64,000 nucleotides of DNA from Octopus vulgaris (taxonomy: Eukaryota): NCBI GenBank assembly GCA_951406725.2, contig OX597814.1, positions 201,624,001 through 201,688,000 of the forward strand. Reading direction: 5' to 3'. Positions within the stretch are counted from its first letter, which is position 1; every line of letters starts with the position of its first letter. Under the pieces are notes generated by a model. The model had not been told where the DNA came from and searched no databases. It saw only the letters and a list, made by a program, of their open reading frames with translations. This document shows positions 50,404-64,000 of this stretch, piece by piece. The position numbers and the translations under genes were made by a program.

Positions 50404-50602
50404 TTGTGTGTCTGTGTTTGTCCCCCCAACATCGTTTGAAAACCGACGCTAGTTTGTTTACGCCCCCATCAGCAGTTTGGTAAGAGAGACTGCTGGAATA
50501 AGTACCAGGCTTACAAAGAATAAGTCCTGAGGTTGATTTGCTCAACAAAAGGCGGTGCTCTAGCGAGGCTGCACTCAGATGACTGAAACAAATAAGAGAA
50601 TA
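49803..50602 (+). mobile_element. SINE family A with an HHR fold-back element inserted in its internal (TA)n (49985-50340)
   Basis: Head 49803-49968 and tail 50400-50602 are separated by a foreign AT-rich insert. Confidence 0.85.
50197..50259 (-). ncRNA. Type I hammerhead motif (stem III G>A, probably CpG decay)
   Basis: CCAC-CTGATGA-ATGACTGC..GCAGGCAG-GAAA-C-GATC-A-TA-GTGG. Confidence 0.7.
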
Positions 50603-50780
50603 AATATGTAATTTGGTAAAAATTTATGGCATTAAGAATTCATAAAAGAAAATGCAATTTTTGTTTTCACAAATTTTATCATTTTTTTTTTATTCATAAA
50701 GAATTATCTTTGTAATACCACTAGAATATCAGACAGAAATATTTTCCAGAAAAAGAAAATCTGAATCTATTAAAAGATTA

Positions 50781-51197
50781 GGCGCAGGAGTGGCTGTGTG
50801 GTAAGTAGCTTGCTAACCAATCACATGGTTCCGGGTTCAGTCCCACTGCGTGGCATCTTGGGCAAGTGTCTTCTGCTATAGCCCTGGGCCGACCAATGCC
50901 TTGTGAGTGGATTTGGTAGATGGAAACTGAAAGAAGCCTGTCGTATATATGTATATATATATATATATATATGTGTGTGCGTATATGTTTGTGTGTCTGT
51001 GTTTGTCCCCCTAGCATTGCTTGACAACCGATGCTGGTGTGTTTACGTCCCCGTCACTTAGTGTTCGGCAAAAGAGACCGATAGAATAAGTACTGGGCTT
51101 ACAAAGAATAAGTCACGGGGTCGATTTGCTCGACTACAGGCGGTGCTTCAGCATGGCCGCAGTCAAATGACTGAAACAAGTAAAAGAGTAAAAGAGT
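50781..51197 (+). mobile_element. SINE family A
   Basis: Full length. Confidence 0.92.
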
Positions 51198-51704
51198 ATT
51201 ACCATTTCTAAAATATGCAAAGGAAGCATTAATATTTGATTCAATATTTGAATATTTATTTCTTTATTGCTCACAGGGGGCTAAACATAGAGGGGACAAA
51301 CAAGGACAGACAAAGGGATTAAGTCGATTACATCGACCCCAGTGCGTAACTGGTGCTTACTTAATCAAGCCCGATTGGATGAAAGGCTAAGTCGACCTTG
51401 GCAGAATTTGAACAACTAACGAAACACTAAGAATAACCCGGAATATTTTGGCCATTGGAGAATGGTCTGAAATACTTATATATAACACTGAAACCCAATT
51501 TAAATCGTGTAAATATAAACAATTTTGTAATGAAATGGGATTCAATATTTGATGTTTTCTGTATTCTGAGTTCAAATGGTGAAACAAAGTACTTAGGTTA
51601 AACATTCATACAAAATGAATTTGAATAGCATGTCACGAAAATCACTGACGGAAAGACATTAAAATATTCATTTTTTTTCTTTTCATATCTTCTTACAGTT
51701 TTAT

Positions 51705-51985
51705 TCTACATCCAGAAATTGGACAGGAAATCATTGGCAGAAGTGCTGCACAGCCAACAGCCAAGCACTATTATGCCATTATTACTACCACCAAACTATA
51801 ATCAAACAAAGAACAAACAAACAGTTCCAATAAATTATATGTTGGATGATTGGTATTTGTCAGAGAATATCGAAATGCAACTAAATGGATTTGTGGCAGA
51901 ATTACAAAGAAAAATCAGTTCAATGGTGTACTTGAGTCAAACAAGAAGCAATGGAAACTGCACCAGATTAAGATTTGGTTCCAGC
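51705..51985 (+). mobile_element. Decayed Ty3/Gypsy integrase C-terminal remnant
   Basis: DRKSLAEVLHSQQPSTIMPLLLP (SPAELL.GR..RT-like), then VFVREYRNATKWICGRITK..SMVY..QWKLHQ across frames. Confidence 0.55.
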
Positions 51986-52886
51986 ATTACATAACCAGCT
52001 TTGTTACCAAACAGACACATCATTGGACAAATTCAATAAGCGATTGTTGCACGAAATCAATCTACAATCATCGTCAGTGCTATTCACAGTCAATGCCACA
52101 ATCAGTGACACAACTACAGGGATCTATCAGGTGGTAACGATCGCCAGATCAATAATCACCATTATCAATCATTTGGATGGAAAAAATATAATTTCTGTAG
52201 ATGAGGTCAGAACAGTACTGGAGGAATATTTTCCATCACAGACATGAAGATTTAAAAAAAATATATAATTATTGTTTCAAATTATGTATCAAAATGTATT
52301 ATTTGGCATTTAAGTGGATTTGGTTGATGGAAACTGAAAGAAGCCCAGTATACACACACACATATACATGTATATATACACACAGATATGTGTGTATACA
52401 TGTGTAAATACACACACATACACACATACATACATAGTGAGAATTTACAAAAAAACAAAAGATGAAGATGGGTGTGTAAACAGCAAATTGATGTATTAGT
52501 TTAAAGCTCAGGAAGTGAGAAAGTCTTTTACATTTCAAGCCTACATTCTTTGACAGAAAGGAACACAGAAATAAACAGGGAGAAAAAATAAAAAAGGTTT
52601 AGTGGCTAGTGATCTATCATGGTGAATGGCTGACAGACGGGTCACACAGGAAAGCTAGAAAGAAGGGGAGATAATAAAGTAGTGGTGATCCCAAAAAGTG
52701 AGCAAATGTCTAATTAATGCCTAATTGACAGTCTGGATAAACTTGGATTTTCAGAAAAATCAATCAACCTACTCACTCATTACAAACACAGCCTATAAGT
52801 GGAACAATAAAAATATGAAAGACTTTTCTCAAGTTTAAACTGTGACAATGTGTTTGTTCTCTGCATTCCAATGATGGAGCTTTGTA

Positions 52887-54125
52887 TTGGGTCATCCCAT
52901 AAATAATGCAGTTTTTTAAACTTCAAATTAAGATAACAAATTCATTATTAATCTAAAATACACTCTCCTTCATTTTCTCCAATGCTCATCCATCTATCTG
53001 GTAGACCTGTAAGGGCCCTCTCCCATAATTCACTTGTCCCTGACGAAAACATCTACAGAAATTATATTTTTCCATCCAAATGATTTTGAAGATTGCAGAA
53101 TAAATGATAATCAGATGAGGCAATGTCCAGTGAACAGGGTGAGTTTCCCATTCAAACTGCTCCAGCGTTTGGAATGTCATCCTTGCTGTATGTGGCTGAG
53201 TATTATCCTGATGGAATAACCCCTTTCATCTTGAAACCAAAGATGGTCGTTTTTCTTCTGGCACTGACTTAAGTCACTCAAGTTGCTCAGAGTACATCTT
53301 CTTTGTTATTATTTGGCTTAAATTTAAAAGTTCAAAGTGGAATAAACCCTTCATATCCCACCAAACAGATAACAAAACCTTATGTGGATGAAGACCATCT
53401 TTAACCTAGGGTGCCAGTGTTTCTCCTTTCCATACCCACTATCTTTGGTGCTTGATATTTTTATAGAGAACCCATTTCTCTTCACGAGTCACCATTCAGT
53501 TCATAAAAGGTTCATTCGGGAGACATGACAGCAAAGAAGAGCACACATTCACTCTCTGTAAGTGCTTAGACTTGGAAAGTTTGTGAGGAATTCATTGATC
53601 CAATTTACTGACTTTTCCAATGGTATGCAGGTATCGATGAATGGTTGAATGAGCAAATCAAAGTTTCTCTGCGAGTTCCTCAAATGTTACAATGGGATTT
53701 TGTTCCACCAGGGTGTGCAGGACTTCCTCATCAAGCTCTACAGATCTTCCAGAATGAGGCTTGTCTTCTAAGCTATAGTTTCTGATTTGGAATTTCTGGA
53801 ACCACCATTGACATTGGCTTATGCTTATTGTCTGATCCCCATACACTGCATTAATATTCCTCACACCTTCCATTGTGTTGTTACCTTTTTTGATGTCATA
53901 AAACAAAATATGCCAAATATGCTCCTTTGTCACTTCCATTATAGCTTCGAAAAAATCACTGTTAAAATTGAACTGCACTCTTCAAAACTTGCACTAAGAA
54001 TAAGTACAAGGTAAAATTACTACCTGCTTTAATAGCAAGTTGATTGCAGGTAGTTTATCCTGTCCTTTTCCGGCCTTAGTTCATGCAAATGAAAAAAACC
54101 TTCAATATTTATGGTTTGATGCAAT
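52887..54125 (-). mobile_element. Near full-length decayed mariner element (~1.24 kb)
   Basis: TATTGGGTCATCCCATAAATAATGC at the left, degenerate mirror at 54102-54125. Transposase N-terminus MEVTKEHIWHILFY..WFQKF..SLEDKPHSGR. Many stops downstream. Confidence 0.88.
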
Positions 54126-54175
54126 ATCTTTGTTAGAAACAAGCTCCTTCCTCAGAGGAAGAATTTAAACATGCA

Positions 54176-54207
<32 letters not shown>

Positions 54208-54361
54208 AAAATAACACTTTATTGAACAGAATCAGTGAAATTAATATTTATGTTTGAAAAGAAACCTTCATGTTTTGTGTCTTTTTTATTCAGCATCAGT
54301 GAATGACTGTAAAACCGGATTTCTTTTAATCTGATGCATATTTTCAGCTTAGGGAGGCTTG

Positions 54362-54366
<5 letters not shown>

Positions 54367-54446
<80 letters not shown>

Positions 54447-54453
54447 AAATATG

Positions 54454-54501
<48 letters not shown>

Positions 54502-54531
54502 TATATCTATATATTTATATATATATATATG

Positions 54532-54624
<93 letters not shown>

Positions 54625-54649
54625 CTATATAAACATATATATATATATA
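54367..54649. repeat. Long (TA)n microsatellite
   Basis: Read directly from the sequence. Confidence 0.95.
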
Positions 54650-55114
54650 CTAGCAGCATAGCCCGACGTTGCCCGGGTATGTAAGAGCCCCTAGTAGGCA
54701 ACGACTAATCCCAATCTAGTCCTTTCCCTCTAGGGGACGAAGGCGCATGTGTAGGTTGCAATGTCTTCTCTTCACTCGAATACTTCTGCGTATACGATGT
54801 TCCTAGCTGTCCCTTTGGGCGAAAACATGAAAACATCATTGCGCCTCCCAACGCGTGAACAGCCCACGTACAGCCCAGAAAATGTGTTTCATATAAAAAG
54901 CTTAGATTCTCGACCCCATGTCGAATTTATCGATTTTTTTAGAACTGGGGGAACTTTTCAAAATTTTCCCTGCATTAGTTTTGAATTATGACATTGGGCT
55001 ATGTGTGTGTCAAGTTTCATCAGAATCGGTTGAAAGCCGTGGTCAGGGTGAGGGTACAACCTGACAGACACACAGACACACAGACAGACAAACTGCCGTT
55101 TATATATAGAGAGA
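54650..55114 (-). mobile_element. Non-autonomous Helitron
   Basis: TC..CTAG ends with a CCCGGGCAACGTCGGG hairpin. 54905-55114 is nearly identical to 1022-1232. Confidence 0.8.
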
Positions 55115-55963
55115 TATATATAAAAGAAATATATATATATATAAATATATGTGTATATATAAAGCTGTTTTATTATTTCTGTATCTATATTTCTTTCTAC
55201 ATTAATCAAACTTTTACATTCACACAAAGAAATACTTTAAAAAGGTAGCTTTCTGTATACTCTTTGACCTTTTAAATATATATTTTAAATATTGTTACTT
55301 TTTCCAGAAAAAAAAAATTTCTCCTCCAAAAGAAACAACAACCTGAGTTTTAATACAAAATAGCTACTTTTTTTGCTATTTAAGAAGCGTTATTGAGTTT
55401 TACAATTTTACAAGGCAATGGCATCTGCTAAATTCTGTCAACTGATAACAATTTTCACAGAAAATATGACTGCTAGAACTATTTTCTTACTTCATCTTTC
55501 AGATTTTGCTGGTTAACAATAAGAATCAGCTGTCAATTTAGAACAAAAACACATCACATTTCATTGAACAAGTTGAACAAAATGGATGCCTTGTTTAACG
55601 CAACTTTAAAAGATTTTCTCTACATTTCGGAGGAAAAAAGAACAAATTTGGCAGTGAGGTTGATTGTTTTTTTTTTGCTTGTTATTGATATTTTTGTTGC
55701 CTTTTTTTTTATTGTTGCGTTGGTGGTGTGGTCCAACTGATGTTGTTGTTATCTTTGCGGTTGCTGCTGTTGGTTGGGAATGACTTTGGTGTATGGGCTT
55801 ACATGTATGTGAGTGTGTGTGTGTGTGTATGTGTATACACATATATATACATGCATATATATGTGTATGTATATGTGTATATACACATATATATACATAC
55901 ATATATATATGTGTGTGTGTGTGTGTGTGTATATACACATATATATATACATACATATATATA

Positions 55964-55994
<31 letters not shown>

Positions 55995-56998
55995 GCATAT
56001 GTATATATATGTGTGTGTTTATATATATATATATATAAATATATATATATTATTATGTATAGGTACATTTATATATGTGTATATGGATATATGGATGTGT
56101 ATATATGTGCATGTATGTGTGCATATCATAGCTATACATGGGTACCTATCTATTCATCTATTTGTCTTTCCATATATGTGTGTGTATGTATGGGATTGTG
56201 TGTGCATATAATGATATATATTTATATATATATATATATATTATTACACATATGTATATTTATATGTGTGTGCGTGTGTATATGTAGATATGCATGTGTA
56301 TATATATGTGTGTGTGTGTGTATGTGTGTGATTGTGCGTACGTGTGTATATGGATATATGGATGTATATAAGTGTGTACGTTTATGTTTGCATGTGTGCA
56401 TATCATAGCTATACATGGGTACCTATCTATCTATCTACCTCTCCATATATGTGCGTATGCGTGTACATGTATGTGTGTGTGGGTGTGTGTGTAATACACA
56501 CACACACACACAGACATATATGAGGAAGAATTCATAGTTCTGAAGTTCTTCTGTGTGATTGCTCTTACTATTATTTCTTGCTATTTGCTGCTTGAGTGTG
56601 TTTACACATGTTAGAAGCCATACAAGATCAAATCATGTTTTTTAAAGTGCAAAGTTTTCGCATGTAAAACCATATCAACATTTCAAGCAATGTTGCTGTC
56701 TTTTACGTTTGCCCATCACATATTTTGCATTTGTACATTCTCTTTTACATTTTGATATTTATTGAAAAATTTTTCTACTCATAAATCTTTTTCACTCTTT
56801 TTCCTCCCATTATACAAAGGTATATATCATCATATATATATATATGTTTTATATATAGGTGCAGGAGTGGCTGTGTGGTAAGTAGCTTGCTAACCAACCA
56901 CATGGTTCCAGGTTCAGTCAACTTGCCCAAGGTGCCACGGAAGTGTCTTCTACTATAACCCTGTGCTGGCCAAAGCTTTGCGAGCGGATTCGGTAGAC

Positions 56999-57389
56999 AG
57001 AGGAGCCAGTCAGGCAGCACTGGCATTGACCATGTTTGAATGGTGGTTTTTATGTGCCACCAGCACAGGAGCCAGTCAAGTGGCACTGGCAATGACCATG
57101 CTCAAATGGTGCTTTTTATGTGCCACTGGCATGGGATCAGTCAGGCAGCAATGGCATTGACCATGCTCGAATGGTGCTTTTTATGTGCCACCGGCATAGG
57201 ATCCAATCAGGTGGAACTGGTATTGACCATGCTTGGATGGTGCTTTTTACGTTCCACCTGCATAGGAGCCAGTCAAGTGGTACTGTCAACGACTACACTC
57301 GAATAGTGCTTTTTACATTGCACCAGCACAGGAGCCAGCCAAGTGGCACTGGCATCGACCACGCTCATACGGTGCTTTTTATGTGCCAT
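56999..57389 (-). repeat. Six tandem ~62-65-bp units from the RTE 3' UTR
   Basis: GGAGCCAGTCAAGTGGCACTGGCATTGACCATGCTCGAATGGTGCTTTTTATGTGCCAC-like units. Confidence 0.85.
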
Positions 57390-58484
57390 GAAAACTAAAT
57401 AACCTATAAGGGGAACCTACAAGGGGAACCTACACATGATGACTACTAAAAATAGCAGCCAATCTTTCCTTGGATAAGACCCTATAACTTTAAAGATAAG
57501 GGGAGAACACATTAGACAATGCAGTTTTGGATTAAAAAAAACAAAACAAAACACAGAAGGGTTAGTCAAGCCTGGAATGTCTTTGGTTATAAGTTTGCTT
57601 AATTAGAACTGATTTGAAACTAAACAACAGTAATAGTAACAACAACAGGAACAGAAACAGAACAACAACAACAACAACAGAAATAACTGCAGCAGCAACA
57701 TCAAGATCAACAACGACAACTATGATATCAACAACAATAACAACAACAACACAAAATATTTCATAAATGGCAGCAAATTTCAAAATGGTAAAGGATTTAC
57801 TGCAATGATTTACTGCCATAATCCATTTTAATTGGCATCCATTTTGAAAGTATTGATCGTTAACATCGGAATATTCCCCGTTAAGAACCTAGCTTAAAGC
57901 GTGTCTTACGAAGTGTCGGATGCTGCGGCAACCTCTCAACCATCTTCCCTCTATTTCTCCGTATACCACTTATCACTTCCATGAGTCGATAAGACATGGA
58001 AAGAAAACAATCCATGAGGGAAATACAACAGAAAGCTGATGAATAATTGAAGGATTTTATTGTATCGCAGAGTGAAACCTCTAAGATGACACCAAAGGAG
58101 GATAAAAGAAATCTAATATAAATTGCTAAGGTTACGTTCGCTAGATGCATTGTTGCATTTTTGTTGTTGCTGTTGTGGTTGTTGTTGTTGTTGTGGGGAG
58201 GGGGATTTAGTTCCCTGTCAGCATTCATTGGGAAGTGTCTTTAATAGAGTCAATTCCATCCCAAGTATTCAGATTCAGGTCAGGCTCCAGTGTTGAGAAT
58301 GTCAGATGTATCTGAACCTAAGGGTTCTGGGTTCATTCTCAATGCTTGGCACTTTGGGTGTATGCCTTCAACTATAGCCCCAGGCTGACCTAACCCTTGT
58401 AAGTTGATTTAGTTGAGAGAAACAGAAAGAAGTATATATATTAATATATATATATATATATATATATTCACACACATATATATA

Positions 58485-58698
58485 TTCTTTTATTTGTTTC
58501 AGTCATTTGGCTGTGGCCATGCTGGAGCGCCTCCTTTAGTCAAACAAATCGGCCCCAAGACTTATTCTTTGTAAGCCTACTACTTATTTTGTTGGTCTCT
58601 TTTTGCTGAACTGTTAGATTTCAGGGAAGTAAACTCACTAGCATCGGTTGTCAAGCGATGGTGGGGGGACAAACACAGACACACAAACACACAGACAC

Positions 58699-58775
<77 letters not shown>

Positions 58776-58936
58776 ACGTGCTTCTTTCAGTTTCTGTCTA
58801 CTAAATCCACTCACAAGTTTTTGGTCATCCTGAGGTTACAGTAGAAGACACTTGCCCAAGGTGCCATGCAGTGGGACTGAACCCAGACCCATGTGGCTGT
58901 TAAGCAAGCTTCTTACCACACAGCCACTCCTGTGCC
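58485..58936 (-). mobile_element. SINE family A with a long (CA)n
   Basis: Reverse-complement family A. Confidence 0.88.
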
Positions 58937-59664
58937 TATGTATATATTATATAAATGTTTGTCATCATCATGATCATGACCATCATCATCTTTTAATGTC
59001 TGCCGCCCATGCTGGCATGGGTTGGGCAGTTTAACTGAGGACTGGCAAACCAGGAGGCTGTGTTAGGATCCAATCTGTTCTGGCTCATTCTGAGAGTGTA
59101 GTGGGTGCTTTTTACATGCCATCAACAACAACTATGCTCAAATAGTGCTTTTTATGTGCCACCAGCATGGGAGCCAGTCAGGCGGCACTGGCATCTTTGT
59201 GTGTATGTATGTGTGTATGTGTATGTGTGTGTGTGTGTATATGTATCTATTTGTATGTGTGTTTGGGATTTTGTTTGTACCTTCCACCACCTGATAACTG
59301 GTGTTGGTGTGTTTATTCCATGTAACTTAGCGGTTTGGCAAAAGAGACCAATAGAATAAGTATTTGTCTTAAAAAAGAATTATTGGGATTGATTTGTTCG
59401 ACTAAAATAATCTTCAAGGCAGTACTCCAGCATGGCCACAGTCTAATGGCTGAAACCAGTAAAGGGCAAAAGAAGGATAAAGGTTAACTTCTGATTCAGC
59501 CAAAGAAAGAATCTGTGAGTTCAAATCTTGAAAGTAGTACCTTCATTGTGCTTCCAAAATTATTCTGCCTCAACGAATTTCTCTGACCCATACAAGCATG
59601 GGAAAGTGTGCCTTAAGCCAAAGGTGTTGAGGATGATCGTGATGATGATGATGATGATGATGAT

Positions 59665-59999
59665 GATGCCAGTGGTATGTAAAAAGCACCATCCGAACTT
59701 GGCCGATACCAGTGCCGCCTTGACTGGCTTCCATGCCGGTGGTACATAAAAAGCACAAACCGATCGTGGTGATTGCCAGCCTCCCCTGGCACCTGTGCCA
59801 GTGGCACGTAAAAAGCACCCACTACACTCATGGAGTGGTTGGCGTTAGGAAGGGCATCCAGCTGTAGAAACACTGCCAGATCAGACTGGAGCCTGGTGCA
59901 GCCTCCTGGCTTCCCAGACCCTGGTCAAACCGTCCAACCCATGCTAGCATGGAAAATGGACGTTAAACGATGATGATGATGATGATGATGATGACGATG
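59665..59999 (+). mobile_element. RTE-type LINE 3' end inserted at (GAT)n
   Basis: Nearly the same as 7240-7555. (GAT)n on both sides. Confidence 0.85.
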
Positions 60000-60611
60000 T
60001 CAATGACAATGGTTGTTGAAATGCTGGGTTTTGAGGAGCCTGTATGAAAGGTTCATTGTAAGATGGTTGAGGTGGTACACCATCTTGGATTTAACGAGGT
60101 GAATGATAACATAAAGCTTCTTTGATCGAATTGTGAAGAAATGTTTCCTGAGGGCTTCGTTGATGTGGAACAGTAATGTGTTGAAGAAGATCAGCATTAA
60201 AAGAGTGAAGACACAGAACCAGAACAAATTTTAACAACCAAAGATTTGACTGACAGCTTCTAATTTAAGAAAAGTAAAAAGCTCAGATGCCATGAACATT
60301 TTTTACTGAAAAAGATCCCCAAAGAATTGAGAGACATTCTGATGCAGAAAACTTAATAAATGGATTCATCTGTTGCAAGGAATTACTCTAATAGGAAAGA
60401 AAAAATGCATCAAAAATTATTTTTCAAGTAAATAATTATCATATTTTGTTGTACATTGGGAGGGTCACTATGCCAATAATAAACACATGTACTGGTTATT
60501 TTTCATTTCTTTATTCTGTATTTGTCAAATAACTAAGCGATTATTTTCCAAGATACTTCAGTACACGAGATCAAGAAACTTGCAAACCAAGTCCAAAATC
60601 GAAATTACCAT

Positions 60612-62095
60612 ATTGTCTGTGGCAAATGCAGAGGAGTAATGAAAGTGTTCAGAAAACAGCTTCTGTTACAAGCCAGGGGGAAAAACTAGAAGTAGTTGAT
60701 AGCATCTGTTACCTAGGTGACCAAGTCAGTAGTGGATGCTCTGAGAGCATAGCTGTTAGAATAAGAATAGCCTGGGCAAAGTTCAGAGAGCTTCTACCTC
60801 TGCTGGTAATAAAGGGCGTCTCAGTCAGAGTGAAAATTAGACTGTATGATGCCCATGTGTTAACAGCCATGCCACATGGCAGTGAAACATGAGCCATGAC
60901 TGCTGAGGACATGCATAAGCTTGCAAGAAATGAAGCTAGTATGCTCCGCTGGATGTGTAATGTCAGTGTGCATACACGACAGAGTGTAAACGCCCTGAGA
61001 GAAAAGTTAGACATAAGGAGCATCAGATGAGGTGTGGAAGAGAGCTGACTGTGCTGGTCATGTGATGCATATGGATGAGGAGAGCTGTGTGAAGAAGTGT
61101 CACACCCTAATAGTGGAGGGAACCTGTGGAAGAGGTTGACCCAGGAAGACATGTTATGAGGTGGTGAAGCACAACCTTCAAACGTTAGGCCTCACAGAGG
61201 CAATGACAAGCAACCGAGACTTTTGGAGATATGCTGTGCTTGAGAAGACTTGGCAATCCAAGTGAGACTGTAACCATGGCCTATGCCAGTGTCACATAAC
61301 TGGCTCATTTAAGAGTACCCTTCAATCATTGGGCAATAAACTGTGCTTGAGAAGACCTTTTGAGTCAAGTGAAATCATTGTCATGGCTAATGCCAGTACT
61401 GCCTGACTGGCACCCGTGCCGGTGGCACGTAAAAAGCACCATTTAAGCGTGGTCAATGTCAGCTCCACCAGACTGGCTCCTGTACTGGTGGCATATAAAA
61501 TACACCTTACGAACATGGTTGATGCAAATGCCACCTGACTGGTCCCATGCCAGTGGCACATAAAAAGTACCCACTACACTCTTGGAGTGGTTGGCATTAG
61601 GAAAGGTATTCAGCCGTAGAAACCTTGCCAGATCTCATTCTCGCCCACAACATCATAAGCGGAAAGTGTAACCTCTCGAAAGAGCTGTTCTTCACTCCTG
61701 CTCCAGAGCGTCGGCTGCGGGGTCATTCCGAAAAGCTCTACCTGCGACGATTTCATCTCAATCGAAGGAGAGGAGCTTTCTCCGTCCGGGTTGCGGATCC
61801 GTGGAACAAGCTGCCAGACGAGATGGTGAAGATGCCGACGACCGCTTTGTTCAAAGCCTCCCTGGACCTCAAGTGGCCTGAACTCTTTACATGAACACCA
61901 CCCTGTACTTAACTTCATGTCCCCCTACATGGCCTTGCTATTTGCTTTTGAGCCAAATTAACTAACTAACTAACTAACTAACAGATAAGACTGGAACCTG
62001 GTACAGCCTTCTGGCTTGTCAGTCCTCAGTTAATCCGTCCAACCCATGCCAGCATGGAAAGCAGATATTAAACAATGATGATGATGTTGATGATG
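60612..62095 (+). mobile_element. 5'-truncated RTE-type LINE (RT C-terminus, UTR repeats, GAT tail), interrupted by a CR1
   Basis: EKLEVVDSICYLGD..IRIAWAKFRELLPLL..RLYDAHVLTAMPHGSET; MLRWMCNV; UTR as in 11815-12662. Confidence 0.88.
61634..61981 (+). mobile_element. Young CR1-clade LINE 3' end with a (CTAA)n tail
   Basis: LRGHSEKL..RRGAFSVRVADPWNKLP..FKASLD (CR1 RT C-terminus) in an open frame. CAGAT direct repeat on both sides. Confidence 0.88.
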
Positions 62096-62129
62096 TTTTT
62101 ATTGATATATTTACAATACATGTATATAT

Positions 62130-63105
62130 CCCCAATGTTTAATGTAAAAACATTTTGAACTTTGTATAGGAATTTGTTGATTATTTTGTGGCTAGGAGCA
62201 TACCAGAGGAATATATAATACTTTCTATCATTAAAGCTACAATAAAACAAATGGGTTTTGTTTAACATCATGTCAGTTAAGGACACGTTTCCAAAGCAAT
62301 GTCTCTTAAGACATGTAAGTGTTTTCGCTGTTAACACCTTTTCAAATACAAACGTTACAGAGTAGTCTATATTGAGGAAGTTGTTTTTAGGAGTGATGTT
62401 CACTGCTTCCAGTTTAATTTTAGATTTAGAATTCTTAGAAAGTATTCATCTTTTGCTTTTCCAAATTTATCATTTTCTTACTGTATTTTGAAAAAAGGTA
62501 ATATTTTGAATTTTTCATTTGCAGTAATGTCTAAATGTTCATTCACTTCATGGAGTATTTCTAAGAGATGACTCTGATTTGTTGCTTATGTACTCTTACC
62601 CGATACATTAATATTGATCCTGTTTGGCCAATATAATCCTCATTGCATTACAGGCATGAGATACAGTTAACAAGGTTTTTCTGTTTTGCAGTTCTTATTT
62701 GCATTAACATTCAAATTATTTTCATTCTTGAACTTTTGGTTTGCTCTGTTCAATTATTTCACTCATCCCATAACGAAGATATTTTGTTAATTTCATTATT
62801 TTTTCTGATGTGAATTTTGTCACTTTTAAGAGTCTTTTAAGATTTGGTAATTGTCTTTGGTTGACAGTGATTTGTGATTCTTTAATTATTTTCAAGTATT
62901 TGATGATTGGTACAGGACTAGCAAAAAAAGTACAGTTTGGCTGATTGTAAGATGTCATGATTTTTAGGATTAGGGGTGACTACAATGGAATACTTATGTT
63001 GCTTTTCTCTTCACCCTTATTGTGAGAGTCTTCCAAAAGACAGTGGTTAGTTTCTCTTTTGTCCTGATGGTGGTGGGATTTACTACGTTTTTCCGGTAGA
63101 TTTGT
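62130..63105 (-). mobile_element. Decayed Penelope-like element (GIY-YIG end)
   Basis: QRQLPNLKRLL and ENLVNCISCL*CNEDYIGQTGSILMYRVRVHKQQIR. Degenerate TTGAAAA..GAAA and GAAACGT motifs at ~62280-62348. Confidence 0.8.
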
Positions 63106-63112
63106 TTCTTAA

Positions 63113-63803
63113 GGCATAGGAGTGGCTGTGTGGTAAGTAGCTTGCTTATGAACCACATGGTTCTGGGTTCAGTTCCACAGCATGGCACCTTGGGCAAAAA
63201 GTCTTGTGAGTGGATTTGGTAGACAGAAACTGAAAGACGCCCGTCGTATATATGTATATATATATATGTGTGTGTGTATGTGTGTATGTGTGTGTGTGTG
63301 TGTATGTTTGTATGTCTGTGTTTGTCCCCCTCAACATCGCTTGGCAACTGATGCTGGTGCGATTACGCCCCCGTAACTTAGCAGTTCGGCAAAAGAGACC
63401 GTGCATGTGTGTGTATTCTTTTATTCTTTTATTTGTTTCAGTCATTTGACTGCAGCCATGCTGGAGCACTGCCTATAGTTGACTCAATCAACCCCAGGAC
63501 TTATTCTTTGTAAGCCTAATACTTATTCTATTGGTCTCTTTTGCTGAACCGCTAAGTTACAGGGATGTAAACACACCAACATTAGTTGTCAAGCGATGGT
63601 GCTGGGGACAAACACAGACACAGACACACACACACACACACATGATGGGCTTCTTTCAGTTTCCGTCTACCAAATCCACTCACAAGGCTTTGGTCGGCCT
63701 AAGGCTATAGTAGAAGACACTTGCCCAAGGTGCTATGCAGTGGGACAGAAACCAGAACTATGTGGTTGGTAAGCAAGCTACTTTCCACACAGCTACTCTT
63801 GCA
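63113..63803. mobile_element. Two family A SINEs facing each other (63113-63400 +, 63415-63803 -)
   Basis: Family A head on + and a full reverse-complement copy. Confidence 0.85.
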
Positions 63804-64000
63804 TTTATATATGTGTGTGTATACATATATATACACACACACACACAAAAACACACACATGCACAAACACACACACACATACACATGAAGGATTTCTTTC
63901 AGTTTCTGTCTGTCAAATCCACTTACAAAGCTTTTGTCAGCCTTGGGCTATTTATCATCATCATCATCATTGTTTAATGTCCGCTTTCCATGCTAGCATG

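Noticed and set aside
56999-57389. CRISPR-like periodic array
   Set aside because: The whole unit is repeated with no unique spacers, there are no cas genes, and the same units lie in the RTE 3' UTR.
60000-60227. 75-aa hydrophobic ORF
   Set aside because: Non-ATG start, no recognisable domain or convincing splice sites.

Overview
AT-rich, repeat-saturated eukaryotic DNA with no recognisable host protein-coding exon. The SINE families and microsatellite load resemble a coleoid cephalopod (Octopus-like) genome; this is an inference. The window contains many tRNA-headed SINEs (at least 4 families), RTE-, CR1- and R4/Dong-type LINE fragments, non-autonomous Helitrons, Tc1/mariner relics and a Gypsy relic. 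It also holds one fairly young, frameshifted Penelope-like element (PLE; RT + Cys linker + GIY-YIG, 32.2-35.4 kb, minus strand) and two decayed PLEs. The main unexplained signal is a set of more than 15 type I hammerhead ribozyme (HHR) motifs, folded by eye. They sit in short non-coding elements that are mostly inserted in (TA)n/(TATG)n microsatellites and often arranged as fold-back palindromes or tandem units. They include a ~300-bp-arm palindrome with an intact HHR on each strand, U3:A8 covariant cores, and a tRNA-headed SINE ending in an HHR-like tail. Almost all ORFs in the supplied track are microsatellite or SINE artefacts. Repeat boundaries are approximate (about +/-10-20 bp) unless termini are quoted.
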